A DNA stretch of 64,000 bases from Eledone cirrhosa (GCA_964016885.1 OZ024743.1:91574001-91638000); one strand, 5' to 3'; shown: positions 42,266 through 57,619, counted from the first letter of the stretch. Numbers and translations are program-made. The notes: generated from the sequence alone by a model not told the origin.

Positions 42266-43129
42266 TAATTTAATGTAAATAAGTTTACAGAGAGCAAGGT
42301 TGAAAAATTCGAACTTTGATTGCTTTAATTATGAAAGCTGCCACAACGCATGTGATGACTATGAAATAGTAAGCTAATTCACAAATTAATAAAACCTTCC
42401 TTTATTCATCCACACTTGCTGTCTTCTCAAATCTGATCCCAACTCACATCCTCACTTCCCTAATATACCCCCACCCTCTCTTCCTAATCTACCCCCACCC
42501 TCTCTTCCCTAATCTACCCCCACCCTCTCTTCCCCAATCTACTCCTCCCTCCCTTCCCCAATCTATTTCTCCCTCATCTTCCTAACATGAGAGCAACATA
42601 TATGAGTTCTTGGTTTATACAACTCCCTCTCATGCCCCCCCCCCCCAACGTTTCAGTGAGCAGACACACTTGCAACTTCATACCTTTCTTAACTTACTCT
42701 CGGGTCTCGAATAATCGTCCCTCCCCAACTCATTAATGTTTCAGATATTTTCACACCCACCCGCTTATTAAATTTTGCTAATCTATCTCCTGCGAAATTT
42801 TATTTTAAGTAGTAGCATTCCTGCGACAATTAATTTTCTTTAGACATTAAAAAACTTTATACATGACAAAAAAGATCATTACAAGAAATCCCATAGGTTA
42901 TGAAATAAATAGGGTCGGATGGGTTCTCAATATGCAAACTAAACGACTAATTCTGTATTTTTTTAAAAATCAAGCGAGACAATCTAGCAAAATTACCGAT
43001 CTTCCAACCCCCACTTATTCCAAGCCCCACTCCCTTTTATTTAGGACGCGAAAGTATCTCACCTTCTGAATAATAAAAAAAAAATATCCTCAAATTTTAA
43101 CGTAATCTGTCCTGTTTTCTGTTACTTCA

Positions 43130-43234
43130 ATCATCATCATCATCATACACCACCACCATCATCATCATCATAATCACCATCATCACCATCATCATCACCA
43201 TCATCATCATCATCATTATCATCATCATCAACAT

Positions 43235-43266
<32 letters not shown>

Positions 43267-43361
43267 TCATCATACACCACCACCATCATCATCATCATAA
43301 TCACCATCATCACCATCATCATCACCATCATCATCATCATCATTATCATCATCATCAACAT

Positions 43362-43406
<45 letters not shown>

Positions 43407-43490
43407 ACACCACCACCATCATCATCATCATAATCACCATCATCACCATCATCATCACCATCATCATCATCATCATTATCACATCATCAA

Positions 43491-43537
<47 letters not shown>

Positions 43538-43552
43538 CCATCATCACCACCA
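43130..43552. repeat. (CAT/CAC)n microsatellite with ~130-bp higher-order triplication
   Basis: Variant block CATACACCACCACCATC... recurs at ~43144, 43271 and 43404. Confidence 0.85.
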
Positions 43553-43629
43553 CCTACCTAGCTGTGTGTGCTTACACACTTTACAAATTATCCCCTGTGA
43601 TTGTTTAATATGTTTATTTTAGATATATA

Positions 43630-44623
43630 CTAGCATTAAAGCCCGGCGTTGCTCGGGGTCAGTAAGTTACCAAAGTTTAGTTTCACCACCCATTTTATAG
43701 CAGCACTTTTTTGTCTGCCAGGCACTGGGTGAATGAATTGCAGACCTGGACTGCCGTAGCAGGAGCTGCGCCAGCAGTGACAATTGTAATTTCCCCTATG
43801 TATATATCTCTGTGCAAAGAAGTGTTGAAATTTATTGTTTCACAGTACTTGCGCAACACGCGCGTAGACGATGCCAGCCGAACAACAGAGCTGCGATGGA
43901 GTTGTTCTGCATGGTTGTCTAATGTGTGTTTTCTAAATTTAAGACAGTAGGGAGGGGTGTGATATGGGGAGAGTTAGCTGTTGTTTCTAGCAAATTTAGT
44001 GACCTCATAGAGGATATGTTTTCTAAATTTAAGACAGTAGGGAGTGGTGTGATATGGGGGAGAGTTAGCTGCTGTTTCTAGCAGGTTTAGTGACCTCATA
44101 GAGGATATTATTGTGTATACTAAATGAACTGATACTTCTTTCTTCCACGTTCGTTGAGAGGTTTTAAAAAAGATTTATCGCTATGTTTTTGTTGTTGAAT
44201 AAATTTATCTGTTGCTTTTGAATAATTGTTGTTTCGTATGAAATGTAATAAGTTCTCTTTGTCATTGAAGTAAATAAATGTTTGACCGTTCCACACTCAA
44301 AAGCAAACGTTCCCTCTCTCTCTCTCTCCATCTCACTCTCTCTCTCTCTTAACTCTCTTAAAGTTTGTAAGTTTAATCGTATATAAGAGAAAGTTGCAGC
44401 ATGTATGTAGTTTTATCGAATGTTAAGGTGGGTAGAGAGAGTAAATCATATTGTATTAGAGGGGTAAAGCGTCATGGATTTAGTTTTATCGATTATTTCC
44501 ATAATCGTTGGTAAGTTTGAATGAAATAAATAGTCGGTAACCTAAGTTAGACCATTTACAACATTCTTACAGACTTTGAGTTGAGTCGGTTTGAAATTGT
44601 GCAAATGTATAAACATGGAACAT

Positions 44624-44691
<68 letters not shown>

Positions 44692-44721
44692 CAACAACAA
44701 TCTGCCTTTTATAGATAATGA
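43630..44721 (-). mobile_element. Non-autonomous Helitron-like element
   Basis: Minus strand A|TC start; CCCCGAGCAACGCCGGGC hairpin then CTAG|T end; internal ~90-bp tandem duplication at 43928-44106. Confidence 0.72.
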
Positions 44722-45337
44722 TATATATATATATATATATAAGTCAATCAATTTCTAGTTGATATAAAATGGTCGGATCTATTCATTGGAATCTTTGAGT
44801 ATATTCTCAGTGGATATGGCGCATGTCTCTCGGACATGACACCCTTAATTTATGTAGAGCTAATTTTAATGTCGTGTTAACCAGGCTGCTATTTTTAGCG
44901 GCATAGGTTTTCGAGACAAGCTAGGCTCCGAAGACATGTGCGTTATTTCATATCGCACACAATTCAGTCTTCTATTTTTAGAAGTGGAAGGATCGCTAAT
45001 TTCTTGACACCTACTGATGAGCAGGGAAATGGTGATGACTTCGCTTAATATGATTTTGTAAAACAGTTTCTATAACTGTCTAGGTGTTTTCAGGCAGTTG
45101 CCCAATATAGGTTTATTATTATTTTTCTTAATTTACTACTTTAAATTAAGTCTGGCAAACCATATTGCTGTAGTTAGTATTTTTTCACCCTAGTAAACCT
45201 GGTCCTTACAATTCGGACACATGTATGTTTATATTAGTGTTCATCTCTCTTGTATATTCAATTATCTTACACGGTTCGGAAAAGCTTTTTTCTTAGAGCT
45301 ATTTAATTGTAAGAGATTACTTTCAGTTTCTAACTCA

Positions 45338-45402
<65 letters not shown>

Positions 45403-45502
45403 AAAATGAAGTAATTCCGTTGGAAAGGTACAGGAAAAAAGAGTGCTCTATGTAGGCTAAAGAGCTTATTAGTTATGTAATAAACAACATAAGATAATTA
45501 TT

Positions 45503-45557
45503 TCATTTACCAGTGGTTTCTTGAAAGCAGATATATCTGTTTTCAGTCGCCAGAATG
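45503..45557 (-). ncRNA. Degenerate hammerhead ribozyme (core CTGGCGA)
   Basis: TCATT-CTGGCGA-C-TGAAA.CAGA/TCTG.TTTCA-A-GAAA-CC.ACT.GG-TA-AATGA; decayed YIG-containing sequence lies 3' of it at ~44800-45300. Confidence 0.55.
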
Positions 45558-46115
45558 AGTAAAACATGGTGTTTTTATTAAATATGGATTTGAAAACAAA
45601 ATATAAGAAAAATGAAAGTGAGGCTGAGGAAACAACGGGCGAAGAAGAAGAAGAAGAAAAAGAATACATACATATATATAAAAACAATAAATATATAAAC
45701 ATACACACTCAACCACGCACATATACTTAAAAAGTACGTAGACATATACATTATCACATAAATGTATATGTATCTACATACATGGACAAAATACATACAC
45801 ATACATATACATGAAGTAATAAGAATAAATAAATAAATAAATGAATAAGAACAAAAAATATAAAGTCAAAAATAAAAAAATAAAAACAAAGGATACGTGT
45901 TGACAACGATAAGGGGGGAGGGGGAATAAAAACAATTAAAAATAAACAAATACACGAAGTATGCATATACATAAATATATATATAAAGTATATATATACA
46001 TATATATATATATATATGTATACACACATAGGTACATACACACGCACACAAAATCATGCACAAAACTCATACACATATACATATACACATACACACAATT
46101 ATACACACACACACA

Positions 46116-46680
<565 letters not shown>

Positions 46681-46685
46681 ATATA

Positions 46686-46741
<56 letters not shown>

Positions 46742-46745
<4 letters not shown>

Positions 46746-49700
46746 GAGGTTATATTTAATTTGTTGTGATTCAACAGGATGCAAAAGGATGATTACAATG
46801 ATCTTATATTGAAGGAATTAAGGAATAATTACAAAAGAGAAACCAGTGATGACCTTGAAAAACTAAATACTGAAGCTTCTCATATAATGCAGGAATTAGG
46901 CATCAAAAATAGGAGTCAACACTTCATACCTAGGAAACCAAAAATTAATTTGAAGGACCATAAAAGAAATTTTGAAATCGAATTACCAGTTAGATTGATT
47001 GCACCATCTAAATCGGACCTTGGCATACTTAGCAAGAATTTTTAGATAGAATCATACCACAACTTAAGGAAATATCTTATTTAAAATTATGGAATGGGAC
47101 TAATGAAGTTATTGACTGGTTTAAGGACATTAAATATAAACATAACAATAAATTCATTCAATTGGATATTGCTAATTATTACTCATCTATCACTCCTAAT
47201 CTACTTAATAAAGGCCTTACATATGCATTTAAATATACAGATTTAACTGGCAATGAAATGCACATTATCTTAACTGCACGTAAAACATTAATTAAATTTA
47301 GCAACCACCTTTGAACTAGAGCAGATAGGGATAGCAACTTCGATATCACTATGGGGTCATCGGACTCGGCGCAATTAACGGATCTTGTGGGGATTTTTAT
47401 TAACAATACTTTACATAGGAAAATACCGGAGATGACCGGTGGTTTATATCGTGACGATATGCTATTACTTATTGAAAATAATAATAATTGTGAAATAAAT
47501 AGGAAAAGAAAAGAAATTATACAATTTTTTAATAGCGTTAATCTTAAAGTAGAAGTAGAGAATAATTATAAAATAGTTAATTTTTTTAGATGTAACTTTA
47601 AGCCTTAATACTGGTCTTTATTATCCATTTCATAAAATAAATGAGAATTTAAACTATGTTAACTTTAATTCCAATCACCCCAGATCTGTTAATAACACTA
47701 TTGTAAATTCTGTGCAGCAACGTATTTCTAGAATTTCAGCGAATACAAATATATTTGAAGATAAGGCACAATATTATAACGAAGCGTTAGGTAGAGCAGG
47801 CTATAGTAATGAAATTAAATACATTGACAATAAGGATGTGCCAATTAACCATAGTTATAAATATAATTATAATAGGAAACCTTGCACTAACTCGAAAATC
47901 AAAAGAAAAAATAGAACTAGAAATATATTATGGTTCGCTCCCCCTTTCTCATTAAGTATTAAAACTCCTATAGCTAAATTATTCTTTAAAGCTCTAGATA
48001 AGTGCTTTCCTAAGACACATATTATTCAATCTTTAATAGACATACTATTAAACTCTCATATTCCACCACTATGAATTTAGCGCAGAATATTAATAGAATT
48101 AATAATAGAAACTTAAAACCTAACCAGAATAGCATTAATACCCCTAGCAATATCCAATATAATGTTACGGCCCCCAATAATATAAATTCAGATAAATGTA
48201 ATTGTAGAAATAAATCTAACTGTCCTCTAAATAATAATTGTTTAGTTAAAAATATAGTATACAATTGTAATGTCAAAACAAATGAAAACTCCTTTAACTA
48301 TGTCGGCTCTACTTCCACAGACTTCAAATCTCGTTTTAATAACCAAAAATGTTCTTTTACGAATATTGGTAACAAATCTTCAACTTCTCTATCTAACTTA
48401 TTACGGGACTTAAAATCCAAGAATATTAACTATTCTTTACTTTGGAAAATTATCTCCAAAGCTCCTTCATACACTGCTTTATCCAAAAATTGCTCACTTT
48501 GCGTTGAAGAAATATTCTTTATACTAAAAAGTAAGAACTCTATTAATTTGCGAAATAATTTATTTAGTTCCTGTAAACATCGTTTAAACTCAACTTTTAA
48601 ATATATATATAAAATGTAATATATGATTTATCTCCTTTACATAATGTTTTCTATATCTATATATGATTCATATATATTTAATTTACTTTCTATTATCTCT
48701 ACCTCATATATATACTGCGTGCTTTATATTATTACACCTATCGATAGATTATAAAATTCTTTTATATGACTGCTTGAAACTCTTTTAAGAAAAATTTTTA
48801 TTGAAAAACTTACTGAAGGTTTTAGAAAAAAATCTTTTGAAAATTCCTTTGAAAGATATAGAAAAACCATTATTTTCATACCTTCCAATATTTTTATATC
48901 TTCAAACGTTTTTAATATATATATCCAAATGTTTATATATATGTGGAAAAACATATAATTTTTATATATAGGTTTTTTTTTATATATATGTGGAATATAT
49001 ATATTCTTAAGATAACATTTAAAAATTTTTTTAATTTTTTAACTTTATAGCAAGTAAATTTATGACTTCGTATAACATAACATATGGTTCATGTTTTAAT
49101 TATATTCTTAAGATAAACATTTTTTAGCCTTTTAACTCTATAACATTTAATCCTAGGAGTCATCTGAGATCTTAAAAAATCACTTCTAACTTCCTTACTG
49201 TTTTTATAATATAATTAATTGGTTATTCCTTTGTAATCTGTCGTAAATTTTTCATAAATTTAGAATTATTTGAATGTTTAAATTTTGACTTACAACTTTT
49301 AATAAAATAAACTATACTAGATTTTCTCTAATGTAAAATACTATATATTTATTTAAATAATTTATAATCCTTAACATACACATTTAAACCAATATATTAT
49401 TACTAATATATCTTATTATAATATAATTATTAATATTAAATTATTAAATTAAATCTTTAATATTAAGGCAAATTCTAATCTTTAATTTTGATTTCTAATT
49501 TTTAATTTTAATCTAATTTTTCAACCTATCATTATAAGTATTATAATCAAAACGTAATGAACCCTGCATTATAAATATTATTCTTCCACGTTAATCTTAT
49601 TTCTTCTTTCACTTAGATATACTTACGCTGTGTATATTTCTCCTTTGAAACTTATTTCTTTTTTCACTCTATCTTCACTATCAATATGTATAATCGTTCT

Positions 49701-50068
49701 TTCTTTCCTCTTCTATCTTTTTTTTCCTTTCTTTTTTCTTTTTTTTTCTTTTGTTCTCTCTCCCTTACATATCATCTTCTTCCAACAGTTTAATTTAAAT
49801 AAACCGTTATCTTTTCAACCTTTCAGACACTCATTTGCATACTCACTCATAACTTCGTATTACCCTCAATAAATGTACTATCTCCACTATCCAGGAAGCG
49901 CCAACCGTTAAGGTTGTCTTTTTTTTTTCAGGGTATGTCAATATTTATTTATAAAACAAATCTGTATTTTATCTGATGAAAGCACACCATAATTTGCCTT
50001 GGTTGCCCTTGAAGTATGTATAATAAAATAAATATGGTTTTATAAATATAGTTTCCATTTATTAATAT

Positions 50069-50070
<2 letters not shown>
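46742..50070 (+). mobile_element. 5'-truncated Penelope-like element (RT + GIY-YIG, long AT-rich 3' UTR, pLTR), Nematis-like
   Basis: Disrupted ORFs 46779-48619: QLDIANYYSSI, TMGSSDSAQ, GGLYRDD, SNHP, CNCRNKSNCPLNNNC, IVYNC..YVGST, CSLCVEE; degenerate HHR at 49965-50030. Confidence 0.93.
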
Positions 50071-50129
<59 letters not shown>

Positions 50130-50134
<5 letters not shown>

Positions 50135-51420
50135 AGAGTATTGAAGTATGCTTGAAGCATTGTGGAACAATAAGTAAATAACTTTAAGTCGTTTGGAAGC
50201 CTCGACAATGCAAATGGGTAAATCTCCGGGTAACAAGGTCCGGTGGTGGAGAGAGAGATGTAAGTGGGTGTACGTTGAGATGCGTGGTGTGTATAAGATG
50301 TGTGAGATGTGTAGAATGAAGAGTATAAAGGATAGAATAAAAATAACAACACAAGAGAGAGTTACCTTGGGAGAGATTTAATAGTCCCTATATATTTCGG
50401 ATTCACATCCATTAACTGGGGTTTTTTCCGGGGTGGGGGAAAAGGTTGTCTGTCGGACAGGTCTGGAATGCGTCCTTCGCTGTTTGTTGTTTTGAATATC
50501 TGGGGTATTCGGCAGAGCGCGCGTGCGCGTGAAATGGGGTCGGTCGTACAGAGGTCAGCGGCCGAATGAGGGAGTGGGAAGGCGCTAGCTGTCAGTCCAT
50601 TCTCTGCCTGTTTGTTAAATGTTACTGTGTGTGTGTGTGCGTGTGTTGTTGTCTCGCTTGAGTGTGTGTGTGTGTGTGCGTGTGTTATTGCCTTGTTCCT
50701 CTGTATTGGCAGTGTAGTATGTTCGTATGGTGGAATGCTACTGTGTGTGTGTGCATGTGTGTGTGTAGTTGTCTCGTTTGCGTGTGTGTGTGTGTGTTGT
50801 GTGTTGTTGCATCGCTTGTTAACTTAAACGAGCCATCTCATTTCGCTTCTCTCTGATCGGTTGTTTATTTGCGGTTGCAGTCGTTTGATAAAAAGCGCTT
50901 CCTTGATACGTAACGTGCCGACGTTTCTTACAGTCGCTAGAATTGTGACAATGGGCCTTCCGTCTTTGTTTCCGCATTTGTCTATGTGTTTCCGGAAAGA
51001 CGAGGCCCTGGTTTTAGTGTGTTCCTTGATCCGGATGTGCAAAGGTCGAATTGTGCTACCTATGTAGTATTGGTTGCACCTGTCACATTCTATCTTATAC
51101 ACGACGTATGTGCGTAGGCAACAGTTCGCATGGCGTATCGGGCAGTCTCTGAGGAAGCATGCGTCAGTAGATTTTTCGGGTTTCTTGGAGAGGCATCTTC
51201 GCAGGGAGGGGCCCGAGTGGGCCAGGTGGATGTCGAGGCCCTGCCTCCGTATAGCCTTGCGGATAGCGTTGGTGGTTTTCTCGCCCAGGTGTGGCATTTT
51301 AAGGAAGCACTTGCCTTGGGTGCTTCTCTGTCTCTTGCGTCTGGTGTCTCATATTCTGTCTGTGATCAAGGTAGGGTACCCGTTCGTCTCCAGCACCTCG
51401 AGGAATCGCTTGGTATGAGT
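50130..51420 (-). mobile_element. PLE 3' fragment of a further family (GIY-YIG 50824-51297)
   Basis: VVYKIECDRCNQYYIGSTIRPLHIRIKEH...KEALFIKRLQPQINNR. Confidence 0.88.
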
Positions 51421-51427
51421 GACACCA

Positions 51428-52310
51428 CTGTTTCTCCTCTTCCTTCTTCCTCCCGTTCGCTGGGAAAACGGTTTTCATTCTTTCTAACACCGGATTCACT
51501 AGCGAAAGGTCTGTTTTCTGACTCGCTCATATATTCACACAGCTTATGCTGAAAGAATAACTATGTTGCTTGTGTTTATTTCCATCTTCGGTTAGCTTCC
51601 CCCTGTGTTGTTTAATTGTCTCACTCGTTTTACGCGTTTCTATTGTCCTAATAACTTATTTTAGTTATTATCGCTCCAACGTGAGGTATATGATTTTTAA
51701 TGCGATGAAATACCCATGATCGTTTGGTAAATCACTGATGAGGGACTCATTTTATAACATGTTATCCATGTGCAACCAGCAGTATTCTTCTCACCCATAT
51801 TTTCATATATTTACCCAAACTGCAATTCTGTGTTTCTCTCTTTCTCTCTTACTGCTCCCTCGATCTCTCTGTTTCTCTTACTTTCTTTCGTCCCCTCTGC
51901 CATGTCAGTTAACTCTTTCTCTCTACTGACCTCTTCCTCGCACTCCCACTCACTCAGTCCCTGTTTCTCCCCTTCTTTCTTCCTCCCGTTCGCTGGGAAA
52001 ACGGTTTTTATTCTTTCTAACACCGGATTCACTCGCGAAAGGTCTGTTTTCTGACTCGCTCATATATTCACACAGCTTATGCTGAAAGAATAACTATGTT
52101 GCTTGTGTTTATTTCCATCTTCGGTTAGCTTCCCCACTGTGTTTACTTGTCTCACTCGCTTTACGCGTTTCTATTGTCCTAATAGCTTATTTTAGTTATT
52201 ATCGCTCCAACGTGAGGTATATGATTTTTAATGCGATGAAATACCCATGATCGTTTGGTAAATCACTGATGAGGGACTCATTTTATAACATGTTATCCAT
52301 GTGCAACCAG
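51428..52310. repeat. ~350-bp direct repeat (51428-51779 / 51961-52310)
   Basis: Two near-identical copies separated by a CT-rich spacer; pLTR-like. Confidence 0.9.
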
Positions 52311-52440
52311 AATTAGCCGTCGAAACGGCTTGAGCTCAGCCGTCGGGGTCTTACTTGTTCCTATTACCCACTCTACTACCCTAAGTATTGAGTACTTTGG
52401 TGCGTTATGGTCCACCTGGTTCCTTACCAGATTTCCTTCG

Positions 52441-52547
<107 letters not shown>

Positions 52548-53044
52548 TACACACACGTGAAGGTGGATGGCTTAGTAGTTAGAGCATTGGGCTTGCAATC
52601 GAAAGGTTGTGAGTTCAATTCTCGGACCGGCTGATATGTTGTTTCCTTGAGCAAGACACTTTATTTCACGTTGCTCCTGTTCACGTTGCTCCTGTAGAAA
52701 TGAGTACCGGCCTGCCCGCCCAGCTAGTGGGATGGCGTTATATTATGGTTAAAGAAAGCACGACGTGCTGTGACCAGCAGCGCCGATTGGCGCCCGACAG
52801 ACTGGTCGGTTAAGGTGATATACATACACAAAAATATAAAAATATAAAATAAACATACGTACACATCCACATACACATACACATACGTGCAAAAATACAT
52901 ATACACATACACATACACACGCAGACACACGTATAAAAACATGCATACAACCAAATATACTAACACACACATAAACCCTACAAAACAGAGCATTGGTACA
53001 AACCCTACATACAAACGTATACACATGCGTGCGCGCACTCGCAC

Positions 53045-53770
53045 GTAATAAGAAATCGAGAGTATCTGGTTAAAGAGTGAACTGAGTAACGGATAAAGGT
53101 GGTGGGTGTGTATGTCTAAAGGGTAAGGTAGAAAGTAGGGTGGGGGGATTATAAGTCAACTGAAATTTTTTTTTAAATAATAGGAAAAATAATAAATATA
53201 AAGAAGTATAGAAGGAGATGAGGGAAAAAAAGTATATATGGGTAAGAAGTATGAGTTCATAGGGTAATGATATTCGTGGTGAGTGGAAGGCGTAATGAGT
53301 AAAGAAGAAGCTCAAGGTGGTTGAGTCACTGTAGGAATGTCAATCCAGTTAAAAAGTAGATGCGATTTCAGATGTGGACAACATCTGAAGATCTCGGTCT
53401 TGGAGTTGAAGCAAGTGGAAGGGGCTTTCAATTTTTGGAGAATTCTAAATTTTTCCGTGGTGCACAAAGAAAATTTCTTTGTGCCCCTTTGGAATTCTCT
53501 TGAATGGTCTAAAATAGACCAATCAATAGTGCACGGAATATTTTTGTCTTTGAGTTCCCTCACTTTATTTGCAAGCGATGTTGCTGTTCTTTTTTCAGGG
53601 TGTTTAAAAGAAGCGACATGTGCATAATACCTGGTTTTGAATCTGTCCTGAGTCGTGCCAAAATATCGTTCACTCCTGGATAGCTGGTTATTAATCACCA
53701 GTGTCAATTTGGCCTCATACACAATGGATTTGGTATTACATTTACCCTGTAATGGGCATTCTTCCGGCTT
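53045..53770 (-). mobile_element. PLE GIY-YIG fragment (Nematis-like)
   Basis: CPLQGKCNTKSIVYEAKL...YFGTTQDRFKTRYYAH...WSIL...LCTTEK...CPH. Confidence 0.88.
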
Positions 53771-54273
53771 TTTCGGCCAAATTTACTACCCAATTCTACA
53801 ATTTCAATAATTCTTATTTAGTATCTTCTATTCTCAACTCTATTCTATAGCATTGGCCGAAAAAGCAACACCAACTAAATATAGCAGCAGTTTTAGACTC
53901 TATAGTTTTTTGTTTTTTATCACTTCTCACTATCCAATTTTATATTTTTATATATCTTTCTCTTATTTTTTTATAATTTTTTTATTGTCTCCTAATCTCA
54001 ATTTATTTACCCATTCTATAACGTCCCTCCTCTATTTTCTCCAGAAACCTTTTTTCGCCTACCTCCTTTGGCCTACTTTCATACACATTCCTTAGAATAT
54101 GCCGTATAGATTTCACTTTCAACGCTTGACCGGCTCCACCCACTCCCTCATTGTTCTACAGGCAAGTTAAGCCACCCCCACCTCCCACCCACTGCCATGA
54201 TAGACTTATTTATGTTTACAACAAATTTTGACCAATCCTCTTGACAACTACAATCTTCCCATATGAGGAAGTA

Positions 54274-54367
54274 CCCCTTGAAAAGTTCGGCTATTTATTT
54301 ACCAGACTAAAAATTCTCTATTTAGACAGAAATAGCTGTCGAAACGGCTTGAGCTCTGCCGTCGGGG
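54274..54367 (+). ncRNA. Degenerate hammerhead ribozyme with full stem III and GUC site
   Basis: CCCC-TTGAAAA-G..CGGCTATTT...AAATAGCTG..C-GAAA-CGGC..GCCG-TC-GGGG. 3' halves also at 52322, 54470, 57803(-) and 58088. Confidence 0.6.
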
Positions 54368-54377
54368 CCATACTTTT

Positions 54378-54424
<47 letters not shown>

Positions 54425-54605
54425 ATAGGATGTGGTAAAAACTGACGCCTTAGTTCGGATTTAGCCGCCGAAACGGCCGGAGCTCAGTTGTCGGTTGTCG
54501 GGGTCCTAAATCTTTTCATATATATATGTATTCCTTGGTAGCAAGAAGGGTTAATGAGTGTACTGTTATAACTTCCTCCTCCTCCTCCTCCTCCTCCTCC
54601 TCCTC

Positions 54606-54692
<87 letters not shown>

Positions 54693-55077
54693 TTATTTAT
54701 TCATGAGAGGGGGAAGAATCCTCAAACACTCCTTCCAACGGGTCCTATCAGAAGCAACTTTCTCCAACTGATCCGGCTGAATCCCTTAGCGAGACCAGCC
54801 CAGCCCATGGATGAGAAATAACTCTATGATTATAAATAAGAGTTACTTCCCTTGCGGATTTTCTTTTTTGATATGTGGCTTTGTGGATATGTGTATTATA
54901 TTTAAGCAGTACACATGCACGCATACTAAGAACACATACACACACGCTCGTGTATACACGCACATACACGGACACACACTACACTCCTCACCAACAAATT
55001 GTAAAAAATAAAATAGAAATGTTGTTTAGCGAGAGTACAAACCGAACTCTTCAACACAAGTTCATCAGCTTCAAACA

Positions 55078-55710
55078 AGAATAGAGATCTGTCAGCGAGA
55101 ATAGAGAGGTGTCAGCGAGAATAGAGATCTGTCAGCGAGAATAGAGAGGTGTCAGCGAGAATAGAGATCTGTCAGCGAGAATAGAGAGGTGTCAGCGAGA
55201 ATAGAGATCTGTCAGCGAGAATAGAGAGGTGTCAGCGAGAATAGTGATCTGTCAGAGAGAATAGTGAGGTGTCAGCGAGAATAGTGAGGTGTCAGAGAGA
55301 ATAGAGAGGTGTCAGCGAGAATAGAGATCTGTCAGAGAGAATAGAGAGGTGTCAGCGAGAATAGTGATCTGTCAGAGAGAATAGAGAGGTGTCAGCGAGA
55401 ATAGTGATCTGTCAGAGAGAATAGAGAGGTGTCAGCGAGAATAGTGATCTGTCAGAGAGAATAGAGAGGTGTCAGCGAGAATAGTGAGGTGTCAGCGAGA
55501 ATAGTGATCTGTCAGAGAGAATAGAGAGGTGTCAGCGAGAATAGTGAGGTGTCAGCGAGAATAGTGATCTGTCAGCGAGAATAGAGAGGTGTCAGCGAGA
55601 ATAGTGATCTGTCAGCGAGAATAGAGAGGTGTCAGCGAGAATAGTGATCTGTCAGCGAGAATAGAGAGGTGTCAGCGAGAATAGAGAGGTGTCAGAGAGA
55701 ATAGTGATCT
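55078..55710. repeat. 20-bp minisatellite (~32 units)
   Basis: AGAATAG(A/T)GA(TC/GG)TGTCAG(C/A)G, with variants mostly alternating. Confidence 0.97.
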
Positions 55711-57560
55711 TCGCTGTAACTCCGATATCAGAAGAACGTGACTGAGAGGAAAATATTTAATAAAATATTCAGCCGAATCCAAACATTTTATAGTGATATG
55801 AGGGATAGGGTAATAAATGTCCCCGAGAACCCGTCACAAAATGGCATAGATTCCTTCTGAGGAAAAATATGGGGTGAACAAATGAAGTACAATTAAGTCG
55901 AGGTCTGGATTAAAGATATCCGAACAAACTATTGCCCCTGAACTAGTGGGGAATCTGAAGATATGGCTGTTTCAGCGAGTCTCCCTCGCTGTCCTCCGGG
56001 GCAATGTATTTTCCATCCTGTCGGCCGGGACCCAGAGGCGGAGGGCAAGTTAGTTGATGGTGGAGGATACTCGTTCGGACGTAACTTTCACACATGTATT
56101 AAATTAGTTATAGTTGGAAGTACCATCTGAAATAATTAGTATGGCCTGAGTCTTTCTTAACTAGTTAAAACTATACCTTTTCTTCCAGGCCTATACCCTA
56201 TTGACCTAAGTCCACTCTGACTATACATTTAGGTTTATAGCTGTGATACTTAGGGCTCTGGGATATGTTACTAAATGCCTCAGTACACATATCGAAAAGC
56301 TGGGCTTCACAGAACCAGAAAGGCACGACTAGTTGTAAGTTGAGTCCATTAATGGAACTGCAAAAGTATAGAAAACATTTCAGAAATTCAGCATGTAATA
56401 ACTAATATATAATTGTTTTGCAAGGTTTTTGATATGAAATCGTGTGTTGAAACAGATATTGTTATATATGCGGAAGGTCATGTTGACTAATATTGCCAAA
56501 AATAATAATAAAACACACTCACTGTTTGGTTTTCGCTTCAGTATATCTTCATATTTTTATAAATAATTTAGTTGGCAATCAATGTTTATTATTGATTAAC
56601 CAACAGTTAAAAATACAAATATGAATATGAGAAATTATATTTGTATTTATATTTATAATTATATTTGTATATTTAGCTGTGCCCCGCGGACAAGACCGCA
56701 AAATCATTTCCGCGGACAATGTCCAACAAAACCCGCTGAAACAGCCACTCCACTTCGAGGGGTTCCTTCCTCAGACAGACTGCTGAGGTTCCGATCTTGT
56801 GGAGGAGTTCGGCAGTACGGTGTCTGAGGACCCCTGAGGTCTCGACGGCGACCGGTGCGAAGAAGAAGCGGCCGGACAATCCCCGGTATTTGCTTGTCTT
56901 CCTTTCCTCTGCATTGCGGGCTGCAGTACCGTGGTTTATGGCCGAAGCGACTAAGCTAGAGAACGTGTCACAGCATGTGGCGTCCCAACATATTTTATAT
57001 TGCTATACTATAAGGAGCAGTCATATCTCTCGTAAACTGCATCCTACCGTCTCCTGTTGCTGCAGTTGACTAATCTGGAAAAATATGTCACTGGTGCCAA
57101 CATGTACCGGTCCAGTCCTATCCCTTGGGGAATATCGGTAGCATGGAGAGAGGAGATTGGTATGCATGGGTGACTGCTTATCTTACCCAGGCTTGTGCCT
57201 CGATGGGGAACATTCCAAATACAAAACTGATGATCATTCCTCACCGATGATGGTCTTTGTATCTTACATTATATATATAATTGTTTCTACTTTTGGCACA
57301 AGGCCAGCAATTACCCAGTGTATTACTGGTACTTTATTTTATCGACCCCGTAGGTTCAAAGGCAAAGTTAACCTCGGCGGGAATTGAACTCAGAATGGCA
57401 AGGGCCGTAACTCAATGCGTCAAAGCATGGCGTCCGACCCTCTACCGATGCTGCCAATCCACCACCCTATATATAATCCGGAGTAAACAGACCCACCCAC
57501 ATCGAACAGGTAAACTTTGTTCCATCATTAAATTTTTTTATTTTTTCTGTTCATGTTCTA

Positions 57561-57619
57561 GCTGTCTGATGAGGTCATAGCTGTTGCATAACGGTTATCA
57601 CCGAAATATATATAACAGC
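57561..57619 (+). ncRNA. Minimal type-I hammerhead ribozyme
   Basis: GCTGT-CTGATGA-GGT.ATAGCTGTT/AACGGTTAT.ACC-GAAA-TATATA-TA-ACAGC; same family as 18189. Confidence 0.87.

Noticed and set aside
46742-48619. Intact autonomous PLE or domesticated RT gene (also 60352-62171)
   Set aside because: Multiple stops and frameshifts plus 5' truncation.
51705-51750. Permuted (type II) hammerhead from GAAA...TGAT/ATCA-CTGATGA
   Set aside because: No U at the position pairing with the last A of GAAA and no convincing stem II.
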